A DNA stretch of 64,000 bases from Staphylococcus phage VB_SavM_JYL01: the sequence record MH159197.1; one strand, 5' to 3'. Under the pieces are notes generated by a model that was given only the letters and a program-made list of their open reading frames with translations, was not told the origin of the DNA and made no database searches. Positions 30,311 through 39,116 of the stretch are shown here, one piece after another. Within the stretch, counting starts at the first letter, position 1. Each line of letters starts with the position of its first letter. The position numbers and the translations under genes are program-made.

Positions 30311-31745
30311 GAAGATAAAGGAGCTTATCCTTCATAAATCAATGAAGGATATACATTTTGCAAGAGAAGTACTAGATAACTTACCTAAGAACCTATTTTC
30401 AGCAGAATCTGAAGATATGGGTTACTTATTTACAGCTATAAAAAGAACAGCACATATTTCCGATAAGATGTCTAATGAAGCATTAGCAATTAAAGTAGAA
30501 CAGCTTATGGGAAATAATAAGGAAGATGAAGAAAAAGTAACCAAGACATTGACTTACTTAGAAGATTTATATAAAGTAGATGTTAATGAAAAAGATGAAT
30601 CTGTTAATTATGAAATAGAGAAATATATTAAAACAGAAATGTCTAAGGAAGTATTAGTTAAGTTTATTGCAGAAAATAAACAAGAAGACTCAGACAATTT
30701 ACATGAACTTGTAGATAAATTAAAACAAATAGAAGTAAGTGATATTTCAGGAGGTAACGGAGAATTTATTGATTTCTTCGAAGACACTGAAAAGAAACAA
30801 GAATTATTAAGTAATTTAGCTACAAATAAATTCTCTACAGGATTTAACTCTATTGATAATCATATTGAAGGTGGTATAGCAAGAGGAGAGGTTGGATTAA
30901 TTATAGCTCCAACTGGTAGAGGTAAATCATTAATGGCTTCTAACTTAGCTAAAAATTATGTGAAGAGTGGATTAAGTGTTTTATATATTGCATTAGAGGA
31001 AAAAATGGATAGAATGGTATTACGTGCAGAGCAACAAATGGCAGGAGCAGAAAAAAGCCAAATTGTAAACCAAGACATGTCTTTAAACAGTAAAGTTTAT
31101 GATGCAATACAAAACCATTATCAGAAGAATAGAAAGTTACTAGGTGACTTTTATATTTCTAAACATATGCCAGGAGAAGTTACACCAAACCAACTAGAGC
31201 AAATTATTGTTAATACAACAATCAAGAAAGATAAGCATATTGATGTTGTTATTATTGACTACCCTCACTTGATGAGAAATCCATATGCTAAATATCACTC
31301 AGAATCAGATGCAGGAGGAAAACTGTTTGAAGATATTCGTAGATTATCACAGCAATATGGGTTTGTATGTTGGACTTTAGCTCAGACCAACCGTGGAGCT
31401 TATGGTTCAGATGTTATTACAAGTGAGCATGTAGAAGGTTCTCGTAAGATTGTCAATGCTGTTGAGGTTTCTCTAGCAGTAAACCAAAAAGATGAAGAAT
31501 TCAAGAGTGGTTTCCTAAGATTATACTTAGATAAAATTCGTAACAGTTCTAATACAGGGGAACGATTTGTTAATCTTAAGGTAGAACCAACTAAGATGAT
31601 TGTAAGAGATGAAACACCGGAAGAAAAACAAGAACATATACAGCTATTATCTGACAATGGAAAAGAAGATACAAGTAAATTCCAAAATAAAGATAATAAA
31701 ATAGAAGCTATAAATAACACATTCGGAGGATTACCGGGAGTTTAA
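30303..31745 (+). CDS. DnaB-like replicative helicase
   Basis: C-terminal RecA-fold ATPase with Walker A (GLIIAPTGRGKS) and Walker B (VVIIDYPHLM). Confidence 0.7.
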   Translation: MSKKIKELILHKSMKDIHFAREVLDNLPKNLFSAESEDMGYLFTAIKRTAHISDKMSNEALAIKVEQLMGNNKEDEEKVTKTLTYLEDLYKVDVNEKDESVNYEIEKYIKTEMSKEVLVKFIAENKQEDSDNLHELVDKLKQIEVSDISGGNGEFIDFFEDTEKKQELLSNLATNKFSTGFNSIDNHIEGGIARGEVGLIIAPTGRGKSLMASNLAKNYVKSGLSVLYIALEEKMDRMVLRAEQQMAGAEKSQIVNQDMSLNSKVYDAIQNHYQKNRKLLGDFYISKHMPGEVTPNQLEQIIVNTTIKKDKHIDVVIIDYPHLMRNPYAKYHSESDAGGKLFEDIRRLSQQYGFVCWTLAQTNRGAYGSDVITSEHVEGSRKIVNAVEVSLAVNQKDEEFKSGFLRLYLDKIRNSSNTGERFVNLKVEPTKMIVRDETPEEKQEHIQLLSDNGKEDTSKFQNKDNKIEAINNTFGGLPGV

Positions 31746-31763
31746 ATTTTTACTATATACCAC

Positions 31764-31792
31764 TTGACATTTTATATGTTAGGTGGTATAAT
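31764..31792 (+). promoter_or_regulatory. consensus sigmaA promoter (TTGACA-17-TGgTATAAT) framed by an 8-bp inverted repeat
   Basis: TTGACA 31764-31769, TATAAT 31787-31792. TATACCAC (31756-31763) is perfectly inverted at GTGGTATA (31783-31790). Confidence 0.6.
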
Positions 31793-31823
31793 TATTTTAT
31801 AAAGAATAAAAGGAGAGATTAAT

Positions 31824-32243
31824 ATGAAAATTAAACAAATATTACCTAGTAATAATCCAAACAAATATCACCTTTTGATTGAGAGCAAGCTAATACCTAG
31901 TTACTACTCAACAAGAGATGATGTTTATAATGATTATTATGATTTAAATCTATATGGTATGTTTGATGATAGTGAAAATTTATTATGTTCATGTGCAATA
32001 GAAAAGTATAATGAATTAGTATTTATGAAAAGGTTTGTTATGGTTGGGGAACATGGTAATGGATATTTTAAACAGATGGTTTCTCTTATAATAAAAGAAG
32101 AACCTCATATATGTTTAACTATAAATAAAGATAATATTAAAGTAGCTGATATCTTAAATGAACTAGGATTTATTAATGCAGGAGAAGTAATTGATAGAAC
32201 AGGAAAGTATACTTATGAATTATACCAAGGAGGAAGAGCTTAA
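31824..32243 (+). CDS. small protein with GNAT acetyltransferase-like motifs (139 aa)
   Basis: VGEHGNGYFKQMVSLII.. (Q/R-x-x-G-x-G/A-like motif A) and ..NKDNIKVADILNELGFINAGE (motif B-like N..A..lY.klGF). Confidence 0.4.
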   Translation: MKIKQILPSNNPNKYHLLIESKLIPSYYSTRDDVYNDYYDLNLYGMFDDSENLLCSCAIEKYNELVFMKRFVMVGEHGNGYFKQMVSLIIKEEPHICLTINKDNIKVADILNELGFINAGEVIDRTGKYTYELYQGGRA

Positions 32244-33268
32244 TGAAGTTTGTATTTTTTACAGATAGTCATTTTCATTTATTTACAAACTATGCAAAAC
32301 CTGATGATGAATTTGTAAATGATAGATTTAAAGAGCAAATAGAAGCATTACAGAAAGTTTTTGATATTGCTAGGAAAGAAAAGGCTAATGTTATTTTCGG
32401 AGGAGATTTATTCCACAAACGTAATTCAGTAGATACTAGAGTATATAACAAAGTATTTAGTACATTTGCTAAAAATAAAGATGTCCCTGTATTATTACTT
32501 CGAGGTAATCATGATGCTACAACTAATTCATTATATACCGATTCAAGTATAGATACATTTGAGTATTTATCTAATGTAAGTGTAATAAAGTCATTAAATA
32601 CAATTTTAAAAGATAATGTTAATATTGTATTTACAGCTTATGGAGATGAAACAGAAGAAATAAAAACCTACATTAACAGTAACTATGATAAAGATATGGT
32701 TAATATACTAGTAGGTCATCTAGGTGTAGAAGGGTCATTAACTGGTAAAGGTTCCCATAGATTAGAAGGAGCCTTTGGATATCAGGACTTATTACCTGAT
32801 AAATATGATTTTATTTTACTAGGTCATTATCATCGTAGACAATATTTCCAAAACCCAAACCATTTTTATGGGGGTTCATTAATGCAACAATCATTTTCTG
32901 ATGAACAAGAAGCTAACGGTGTTCACCTAATAGATACAGAAAAGATGACCACAGAATTTATTCCAATTCATACACGTAGATTTATTACTATCCAGGGAGA
33001 AGATATACCTGAAAACTTTGAACAATTAATAGAGGAAGATAATTTTATTAGAGTTATTGGTACCTCAAACCATGCTAAAGTTTTAGAGATGGATGATAGT
33101 ATGAAGGATAAAAACGTTGAAGTTCAAATTAAAAAAGAATATACTGTAGAGAAACGTATAGATAGTGATGTATCTGATGACCCTCTAACAATTGCTAGCA
33201 CTTATGCTAAGCAATACTCACCTGAATCAGAACAAGAAATACTTGAATGTTTGAAGGAGGTTTTATAG
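32243..33268 (+). CDS. SbcD/Mre11-like recombination nuclease
   Basis: Calcineurin-like phosphoesterase motifs FFTDSHFH, GGDLFH, GNHD, GHLG. Confidence 0.85.
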   Translation: MKFVFFTDSHFHLFTNYAKPDDEFVNDRFKEQIEALQKVFDIARKEKANVIFGGDLFHKRNSVDTRVYNKVFSTFAKNKDVPVLLLRGNHDATTNSLYTDSSIDTFEYLSNVSVIKSLNTILKDNVNIVFTAYGDETEEIKTYINSNYDKDMVNILVGHLGVEGSLTGKGSHRLEGAFGYQDLLPDKYDFILLGHYHRRQYFQNPNHFYGGSLMQQSFSDEQEANGVHLIDTEKMTTEFIPIHTRRFITIQGEDIPENFEQLIEEDNFIRVIGTSNHAKVLEMDDSMKDKNVEVQIKKEYTVEKRIDSDVSDDPLTIASTYAKQYSPESEQEILECLKEVL

Positions 33269-33645
33269 TGAGAAAATATAAAGAATATCTAAACAAGTCA
33301 GATGAAGAAAATTTAGCAGAAGATTGGGAACGGATAAAAGAAGATTTATGGAAAGTGTTTAAAGATATGAAACCTAAAATTAATACATTAGACATCAGTA
33401 ATGTAGTAAGTAAAGACTTAGATAAAAGTAAGCCTATTTTACAATTTCAAGATTCAGACAGAGTAATAGAGAACATTTGTAATGTTGAAGGTTTAGAAGA
33501 TGGTTTATCTAAAATGAAAAAGATTTTTGACGATAGTAATTTTGAAAAACATTACTATAATAGAATTGTAGAACATGATGAATATTATTGGATTGATTAT
33601 GGTTCTCATCATTGTTTCTTTAGGGTTACGAAAGGAGATAAGTAA
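33268..33645 (+). CDS. hypothetical protein between the sbcD-like and sbcC-like genes (125 aa from GTG)
   Basis: The track start is ATG 33247. GTG 33268 is preferred: it lies 8 nt after a GAAGGAGG RBS and overlaps the upstream stop (TAGTG). Confidence 0.45.
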   Translation: MRKYKEYLNKSDEENLAEDWERIKEDLWKVFKDMKPKINTLDISNVVSKDLDKSKPILQFQDSDRVIENICNVEGLEDGLSKMKKIFDDSNFEKHYYNRIVEHDEYYWIDYGSHHCFFRVTKGDK

Positions 33646-35564
33646 TGGTCGTATTTAAACAAGTAGAAGTTAATAATTTTTTAGCAATTAAAGAGGCTAC
33701 ACTAGAGTTAGATAATAGAGGTTTAATACTTATTGAAGGTGAAAATAAATCCAATGAGTCATTCCATTCAAATGGTTCCGGTAAGTCAACTTTAATATCT
33801 GCCATTACTTATGCTTTATATGGTAAAACTGAAAAAGGATTAAAAGCAGATGATGTAGTAAATAATATTGAGAAGAAAAATACATCTGTTAAACTTAAGT
33901 TTGATATTGGAGAAGATAGCTATTTAATTGAACGTTATCGTAAAGATAAAGAGAATAAGAACAAAGTAAAATTATTTGTTAATGATAAAGAAATTACAGG
34001 CTCAACAAATGATGTTACTGATAAACAGATACAGGATTTATTTGGTATTGAGTTTAATACGTATGTTAATGCTATCATGTATGGTCAAGGAGATATTCCT
34101 ATGTTCTCTCAAGCAACAGATAAAGGGAAAAAAGAAATTCTTGAATCTATTACCAAGACAGACGTATATAAACAAGCACAAGATGTAGCAAAAGAGAAAG
34201 TTAAAGAAGTAGAAGAACAACAGAATAATCTAAGACACGAAATAGATAAACTAGGGTATCAGTTATCTACAAAAGATGAATACTTTCAAAAGGAAATTGA
34301 ACAGTATAATCAATATAAAGAACAATTGGCTCAAATAGAAAATAGTAATAAGGAAAAAGATAAATTAAGGGAGCAAGAGGAGAAGCAAATAGAAGCTCAA
34401 ATAGAGCAATTAACTTCACAGATACCAACAATACCTGAAGATGAATTTAAGCACTCAGAGGAGTATAATAAAGCTTCTCAAAGCCTAGATTTACTTTCTA
34501 ATAAATTAACTGAACTAAATCAAGTATATGCAGAGTATAATACTAAAGAGCAGGTACTAAAATCTGAAATAGCTACATTAAGTAATAGCTTAAATCAATT
34601 AGATACAAATGACCATTGTCCGGTTTGTGGTTCTCCTATAGATAATTCTCATAAATTAAAAGAGCAGGAAAATATTAATAATCAGATTGAGAATAAGAAA
34701 CAAGAGATTACTAGTGTACTAGAAATTAAAGATACGTATAAAGAAGCTATTGATAAAGTAAATAATAAATCACAAGAAATTAAAGACAAAATGTCTCAAG
34801 AAGACCAACAAGAACGAGAGCACAACACTAGGATTAATAATATCATTCAAGAGGCTTCCAAGATTAAATCAGATATTAGTTCATTAGAGAATAATAAAAC
34901 TTATTTAAAAGTGAAATATCAACATCAATCTGTTCAAGGATTAGAAAGAGAAGAACCAAGTAAAAAGAAACATGAAGAAGATAAAAAAGAATTACAAGAA
35001 TCTATTGACAAACATGAAGAGAATGTAGTACAATTAGAAACTAAGAAAGGTAAGTATCAACAAGCTGTAGACGCTTTTAGTAATAAAGGTATACGTTCAG
35101 TAGTGTTAGACTTTATTACACCCTTCTTAAATGAGAAAGCCAATGAATATCTTCAAACTTTATCAGGTTCAGATATTGAAATAGAGTTTCAAACTCAAGT
35201 GAAGAATGCTAAAGGAGAACTAAAAGATAAGTTTGATGTTATTGTTAAAAATAGTAAAGGTGGAGGCTCATATAAATCAAACTCAGCAGGAGAACAAAAA
35301 CGTATTGACTTAGCAATTAGTTTTGCAATCCAGGATTTAATTATGAGTAAGGATGAGATATCTACAAATATTGCACTTTATGATGAATGTTTTGATGGGT
35401 TAGACACTATAGGGTGTGAAAATGTAATTAAGTTATTAAAGGATAGACTTAATACAGTAGGAACTATATTTGTAATTACCCATAATACAGAACTTAAACC
35501 ACTGTTTGAGCAAACAATTAAAATAGTAAAAGAAAATGGAGTATCAAAACTGGAGGAAAAATAA
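33645..35564 (+). CDS. SbcC/Rad50-like ATPase
   Basis: Walker A (NGSGKST), long coiled coil with a CPVCGS zinc hook, ABC signature (SAGEQKRIDLAISFA), Walker B (LYDECFDGLD). Confidence 0.85.
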   Translation: MVVFKQVEVNNFLAIKEATLELDNRGLILIEGENKSNESFHSNGSGKSTLISAITYALYGKTEKGLKADDVVNNIEKKNTSVKLKFDIGEDSYLIERYRKDKENKNKVKLFVNDKEITGSTNDVTDKQIQDLFGIEFNTYVNAIMYGQGDIPMFSQATDKGKKEILESITKTDVYKQAQDVAKEKVKEVEEQQNNLRHEIDKLGYQLSTKDEYFQKEIEQYNQYKEQLAQIENSNKEKDKLREQEEKQIEAQIEQLTSQIPTIPEDEFKHSEEYNKASQSLDLLSNKLTELNQVYAEYNTKEQVLKSEIATLSNSLNQLDTNDHCPVCGSPIDNSHKLKEQENINNQIENKKQEITSVLEIKDTYKEAIDKVNNKSQEIKDKMSQEDQQEREHNTRINNIIQEASKIKSDISSLENNKTYLKVKYQHQSVQGLEREEPSKKKHEEDKKELQESIDKHEENVVQLETKKGKYQQAVDAFSNKGIRSVVLDFITPFLNEKANEYLQTLSGSDIEIEFQTQVKNAKGELKDKFDVIVKNSKGGGSYKSNSAGEQKRIDLAISFAIQDLIMSKDEISTNIALYDECFDGLDTIGCENVIKLLKDRLNTVGTIFVITHNTELKPLFEQTIKIVKENGVSKLEEK

Positions 35565-36160
35565 TGAAATTAAAGATTTTAGATAGAGATAATGCAACAC
35601 TTAATGTGTTTCATCGTAATAAGGAGCACAAAACGATAGATAATGTACCTACTGCTAACTTAGTTGATTGGTATCCTTTAAGTAATGCTTATGAATATAA
35701 GTTAAGTAGAAATGGAGAGTATTTAGAATTAAAAAGGCTACGTTCTACCTTACCTTCTTCTTATGGCTTAGAGGATAATAACCAAGATATTATTAGAGAT
35801 AATAACCATAGATGTAAAATAGGATATTGGTATAATCCTGCAGTACGTAAAGATAATTTAAAGATTATTGAGAAAGCTAAACAATATGGTTTACCGGTTA
35901 TAACAGAAGAATATGATGCTAATATTGTAGAACAAGGGTTTAGAGACATTGGAGTTATATTCCAAAGTCTTAAAACTATTGTTGTTACTAGATACCTAGA
36001 AGGTAAAACAGAAGAAGAATTGAGAATTTTTAACATGAAATCGGAAGAGTCACAATTAAATGAAGCACTTAAAGAGAGTGATTTTTCGGTAGATTTAACT
36101 TATAGTGACCTAGGGCAGATTTATAATATGTTACTATTGATGAAAAAAATTAGTAAATAG
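35564..36160 (+). CDS. hypothetical protein (198 aa)
   Basis: GGAGG RBS; start overlaps the sbcC-like stop. Confidence 0.5.
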   Translation: MKLKILDRDNATLNVFHRNKEHKTIDNVPTANLVDWYPLSNAYEYKLSRNGEYLELKRLRSTLPSSYGLEDNNQDIIRDNNHRCKIGYWYNPAVRKDNLKIIEKAKQYGLPVITEEYDANIVEQGFRDIGVIFQSLKTIVVTRYLEGKTEEELRIFNMKSEESQLNEALKESDFSVDLTYSDLGQIYNMLLLMKKISK

Positions 36161-36174
36161 TAAGGAAGGATATT

Positions 36175-37242
36175 ATGAGGTTTGAAGACTTTTTAACCCA
36201 AGAATTAGGAGAACCAAAAGAAAATACTATAGGTGAACTAAGATACTGTTGTCCGTTTTGCGGAGAAAAAAGTTATAAGTTCTATGTTAAGCAAGCTTTA
36301 GACTCTAGTAATGGTCAGTATCACTGTAAAAAATGTGATGAATCAGGTAATCCTATTACATTTATGAAGACTTATTATAACATTACAGGTAAACAAGCTT
36401 TTGATTTATTAGAGTCTAAGAATATAGATATAGAGAGAGCCCCTTTACTTACAACTAATAATAAGGATTTAACAGAATCAGAGAAACTTATATTAATGCT
36501 TAGAGGCGTACACCAAGATAAAGGAAACACTAATCTTAAACCTCCTAGATTACCTGAGGGATATAAGTTATTAAAAGATAACTTAAATAATAAAGAGATT
36601 ATACCTTTTTTAAAATACTTAAAAGGCAGAGGTATAACTTTAGAACAAATAATTAATAATAATATAGGTTATGTTATTAATGGGTGCTTCTATAAAGTTG
36701 ATGGAGAATCAAAAGTCTCATTAAGGAATAGCATTATATTTTTTACGTATGATAATGATGGAAACTACCAGTACTGGAATACACGAAGTATAGAGAAGAA
36801 CCCTTATATTAAATCTATCAATGCCCCTGCTAAACAAGATGAAGTAGGAAGAAAAGATGTCATATTTAATTTAAATATAGCAAGAAAGAAAAAATTCTTA
36901 GTTATAACCGAGGGTGTCTTTGATGCTTTAACCTTTCATGAATATGGAGTAGCAACACTAGGTAAACAAGTAACAGAAAATCAAATAAAAAAAATAATTG
37001 ATTATGTTAGCATAGATACATCAATATATATTATGTTAGATACTGATGCGTTAGATAATAATATAGATTTAGCTTATAAGCTAAAAACGCACTTTAACAA
37101 AGTTTATTTTGTACCGCATGGTGATGAAGATGCAAATGATATGGGAACAAGGAAAGCTTTTGAGCTATTAAAACAGAACCGAGTACTAGTAACACCTGAA
37201 AGTATACAGAGTTACAAAATACAACAAAAACTTAAACTTTAG
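36175..37242 (+). CDS. DNA primase (zinc-binding + TOPRIM)
   Basis: CPFCGE..HCKKCDESG zinc ribbon. TOPRIM acidic motifs (LVITEGVFDALT, MLDTDALD). Confidence 0.85.
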   Translation: MRFEDFLTQELGEPKENTIGELRYCCPFCGEKSYKFYVKQALDSSNGQYHCKKCDESGNPITFMKTYYNITGKQAFDLLESKNIDIERAPLLTTNNKDLTESEKLILMLRGVHQDKGNTNLKPPRLPEGYKLLKDNLNNKEIIPFLKYLKGRGITLEQIINNNIGYVINGCFYKVDGESKVSLRNSIIFFTYDNDGNYQYWNTRSIEKNPYIKSINAPAKQDEVGRKDVIFNLNIARKKKFLVITEGVFDALTFHEYGVATLGKQVTENQIKKIIDYVSIDTSIYIMLDTDALDNNIDLAYKLKTHFNKVYFVPHGDEDANDMGTRKAFELLKQNRVLVTPESIQSYKIQQKLKL

Positions 37243-37244
37243 GC

Positions 37245-37273
37245 TTGACCTTAGAGAAGTTTTATGTTATACT
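37245..37273 (+). promoter_or_regulatory. sigmaA promoter (TTGACC-17-TGtTATACT)
   Basis: Immediately after the primase stop. Confidence 0.55.
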
Positions 37274-37306
37274 AATAATTAAGTAATTAATAAAGGAGAA
37301 AAAATA

Positions 37307-37645
37307 ATGTCAAATAATAAAAAAGATATTTTAGAATTTGTAGATGAATACATTACAGCTTTAAGAGTTGGTAATGAGCAACGACAACATCAATTAGAAG
37401 AAATGGGTAAAGAAGAAACAGCAACATTAACAGATGTAGCTAAAGCTATTACTAACCTTATGTTAGGTGTTAATGAGCAAATGACAGACTTGGAATACAA
37501 CAATGAGTTAAATTTAAATATTTTAATTGACGCTTTATATAAAGCAGAACTTATTAATGAAGATGTACTAGATTACATCCAAGAATCAATTGATAAATCA
37601 CAAGAAGAACCTAAAAATGAAGAAGAAAAAGGAGAACAAGAATAA
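37307..37645 (+). CDS. small strongly acidic protein (112 aa)
   Basis: AAAGGAG RBS. High D/E content with a C-terminal EEPKNEEEKGEQE. Confidence 0.5.
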   Translation: MSNNKKDILEFVDEYITALRVGNEQRQHQLEEMGKEETATLTDVAKAITNLMLGVNEQMTDLEYNNELNLNILIDALYKAELINEDVLDYIQESIDKSQEEPKNEEEKGEQE

Positions 37646-38097
37646 TGGAAAAAAATATTAGCACACACACAAAAGGTATTAGTCAAGCAGACATGGAGAA
37701 ATGGATTGAAGCTGTAGTCCAAGGAACTGTTGATGGTAAACAAGTTGATGAAAAAACAGCTAAACAACTAGATAGAATTGGTTCACGCAGTGTTTCTTTA
37801 GAAGAAGCAACTCGTATTGCTAAAGTCATTAATGCTGTTACAGTTCAAGAGATGTCAGGAGATTTTAATGACGCATTTAACGCAATTGACTTAATGATGA
37901 TTGTTATGGAAGATGAGTTAGGAGTAACTCAAGAACAAGTTGGAAAAGCTAAAGATAAGTTAAATGAGAAACGAGAAGCTTATTTAAAAGAGAAGCAAGA
38001 AGAATTACGTCAAAAACAACAAGAAGAGACACAAAAAGAAACTGAATCTGACAGCAATGAAAAAGTAATTCAGTTGAAGAAAAATGACGAACAGTAA
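37645..38097 (+). CDS. hypothetical acidic coiled-coil protein (150 aa)
   Basis: AAGGAG RBS; ATGA overlap with the upstream gene. Confidence 0.5.
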   Translation: MEKNISTHTKGISQADMEKWIEAVVQGTVDGKQVDEKTAKQLDRIGSRSVSLEEATRIAKVINAVTVQEMSGDFNDAFNAIDLMMIVMEDELGVTQEQVGKAKDKLNEKREAYLKEKQEELRQKQQEETQKETESDSNEKVIQLKKNDEQ

Positions 38098-38692
38098 GAA
38101 AAAAGGAGATACATTCGAACGTAAAATAGCTAAAGAATTAACTGCTTGGTGGGGATACCAATTTAATAGGTCTCCTCAATCAGGTGGTGCCTCTTGGGGT
38201 AAAGATAATAATGCTGTCGGAGACATAGTAGTACCTCAGGAAGCTAATTTTCCTTTAGTAGTAGAATGTAAACATAGAGAAGAATGGACTATAGATAACG
38301 TTCTTTTAAACAATAGAGAACCACATACATGGTGGGAACAAGTAATTAATGATAGTAGCAAGGTGAATAAGACACCTTGCTTAATATTTACTAGAAACAG
38401 AGCTCAGAGTTACGTTGCTTTACCTTATGATGAGAAAGTATATGAGGACTTAAGAAATAATGAATATCCTGTTATGAGAACAGATTTTATTATTGATAAT
38501 ATTAGAAAAGATAAATTTTTTTATGATGTCCTTATAACTACCATGAATGGGTTGACCTCATTTACACCTTCTTATATTATATCTTGCTACGACAAAAAAG
38601 ATATAAAACCATACAAGAAGGTTGAGTCTAATTTATCTGAGGTAAGTAAGCATGAAGATGAATTGATTAATGACCTTCTTAATGATATATAA
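38084..38692 (+). CDS. Holliday-junction resolvase, Hjc/PD-(D/E)xK-like
   Basis: GDTFERKIAKELTAWWGY..SGG....DIVV.....VVECKHRE matches the Hjc-type E...D..E.K catalytic arrangement. Confidence 0.6.
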   Translation: MTNSKKKGDTFERKIAKELTAWWGYQFNRSPQSGGASWGKDNNAVGDIVVPQEANFPLVVECKHREEWTIDNVLLNNREPHTWWEQVINDSSKVNKTPCLIFTRNRAQSYVALPYDEKVYEDLRNNEYPVMRTDFIIDNIRKDKFFYDVLITTMNGLTSFTPSYIISCYDKKDIKPYKKVESNLSEVSKHEDELINDLLNDI

Positions 38693-38709
38693 GGAAGGGT
38701 AAGATAGGT

Positions 38710-39102
38710 ATGACAAGTAAAGAAAGACCATTAATTGTATATTTTTCAGGTACAGGGCAGACAGAAAGACTAGTAAACAAAATTAATATTAATAACTCAT
38801 TTGAAACGTTTAGGGTTAAGAGTGGAAAAGAGAAAATAAATAAACCTTTTATACTAATAACACCGACTTATATGAAGGGTGCAATACCTAAACAAATAGA
38901 AAGATTCCTAGAAATTAATGGGAGCCCTAAGGAAGTCATTGGTACAGGAAATAAACAATGGGGCTCTAATTTCTGTGGAGCAAGTAAAAAGATTTCAGAG
39001 ATGTTTAAGATTCCTTTAATTGCTAAAGTAGAGCAATCAGGACACTTTAACGAGATACAACCAATATTAGAACACTTTAGTAATAAATATAAAGTAGCGT
39101 AA
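38710..39102 (+). CDS. nrdI: NrdI flavodoxin-like ribonucleotide reductase stimulatory protein
   Basis: PLIVYFSGTGQTERLV flavodoxin/NrdI N-terminal signature. Immediately upstream of nrdE. Confidence 0.7.
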   Translation: MTSKERPLIVYFSGTGQTERLVNKININNSFETFRVKSGKEKINKPFILITPTYMKGAIPKQIERFLEINGSPKEVIGTGNKQWGSNFCGASKKISEMFKIPLIAKVEQSGHFNEIQPILEHFSNKYKVA

Positions 39103-39116
39103 AGGATGAGAGATAT

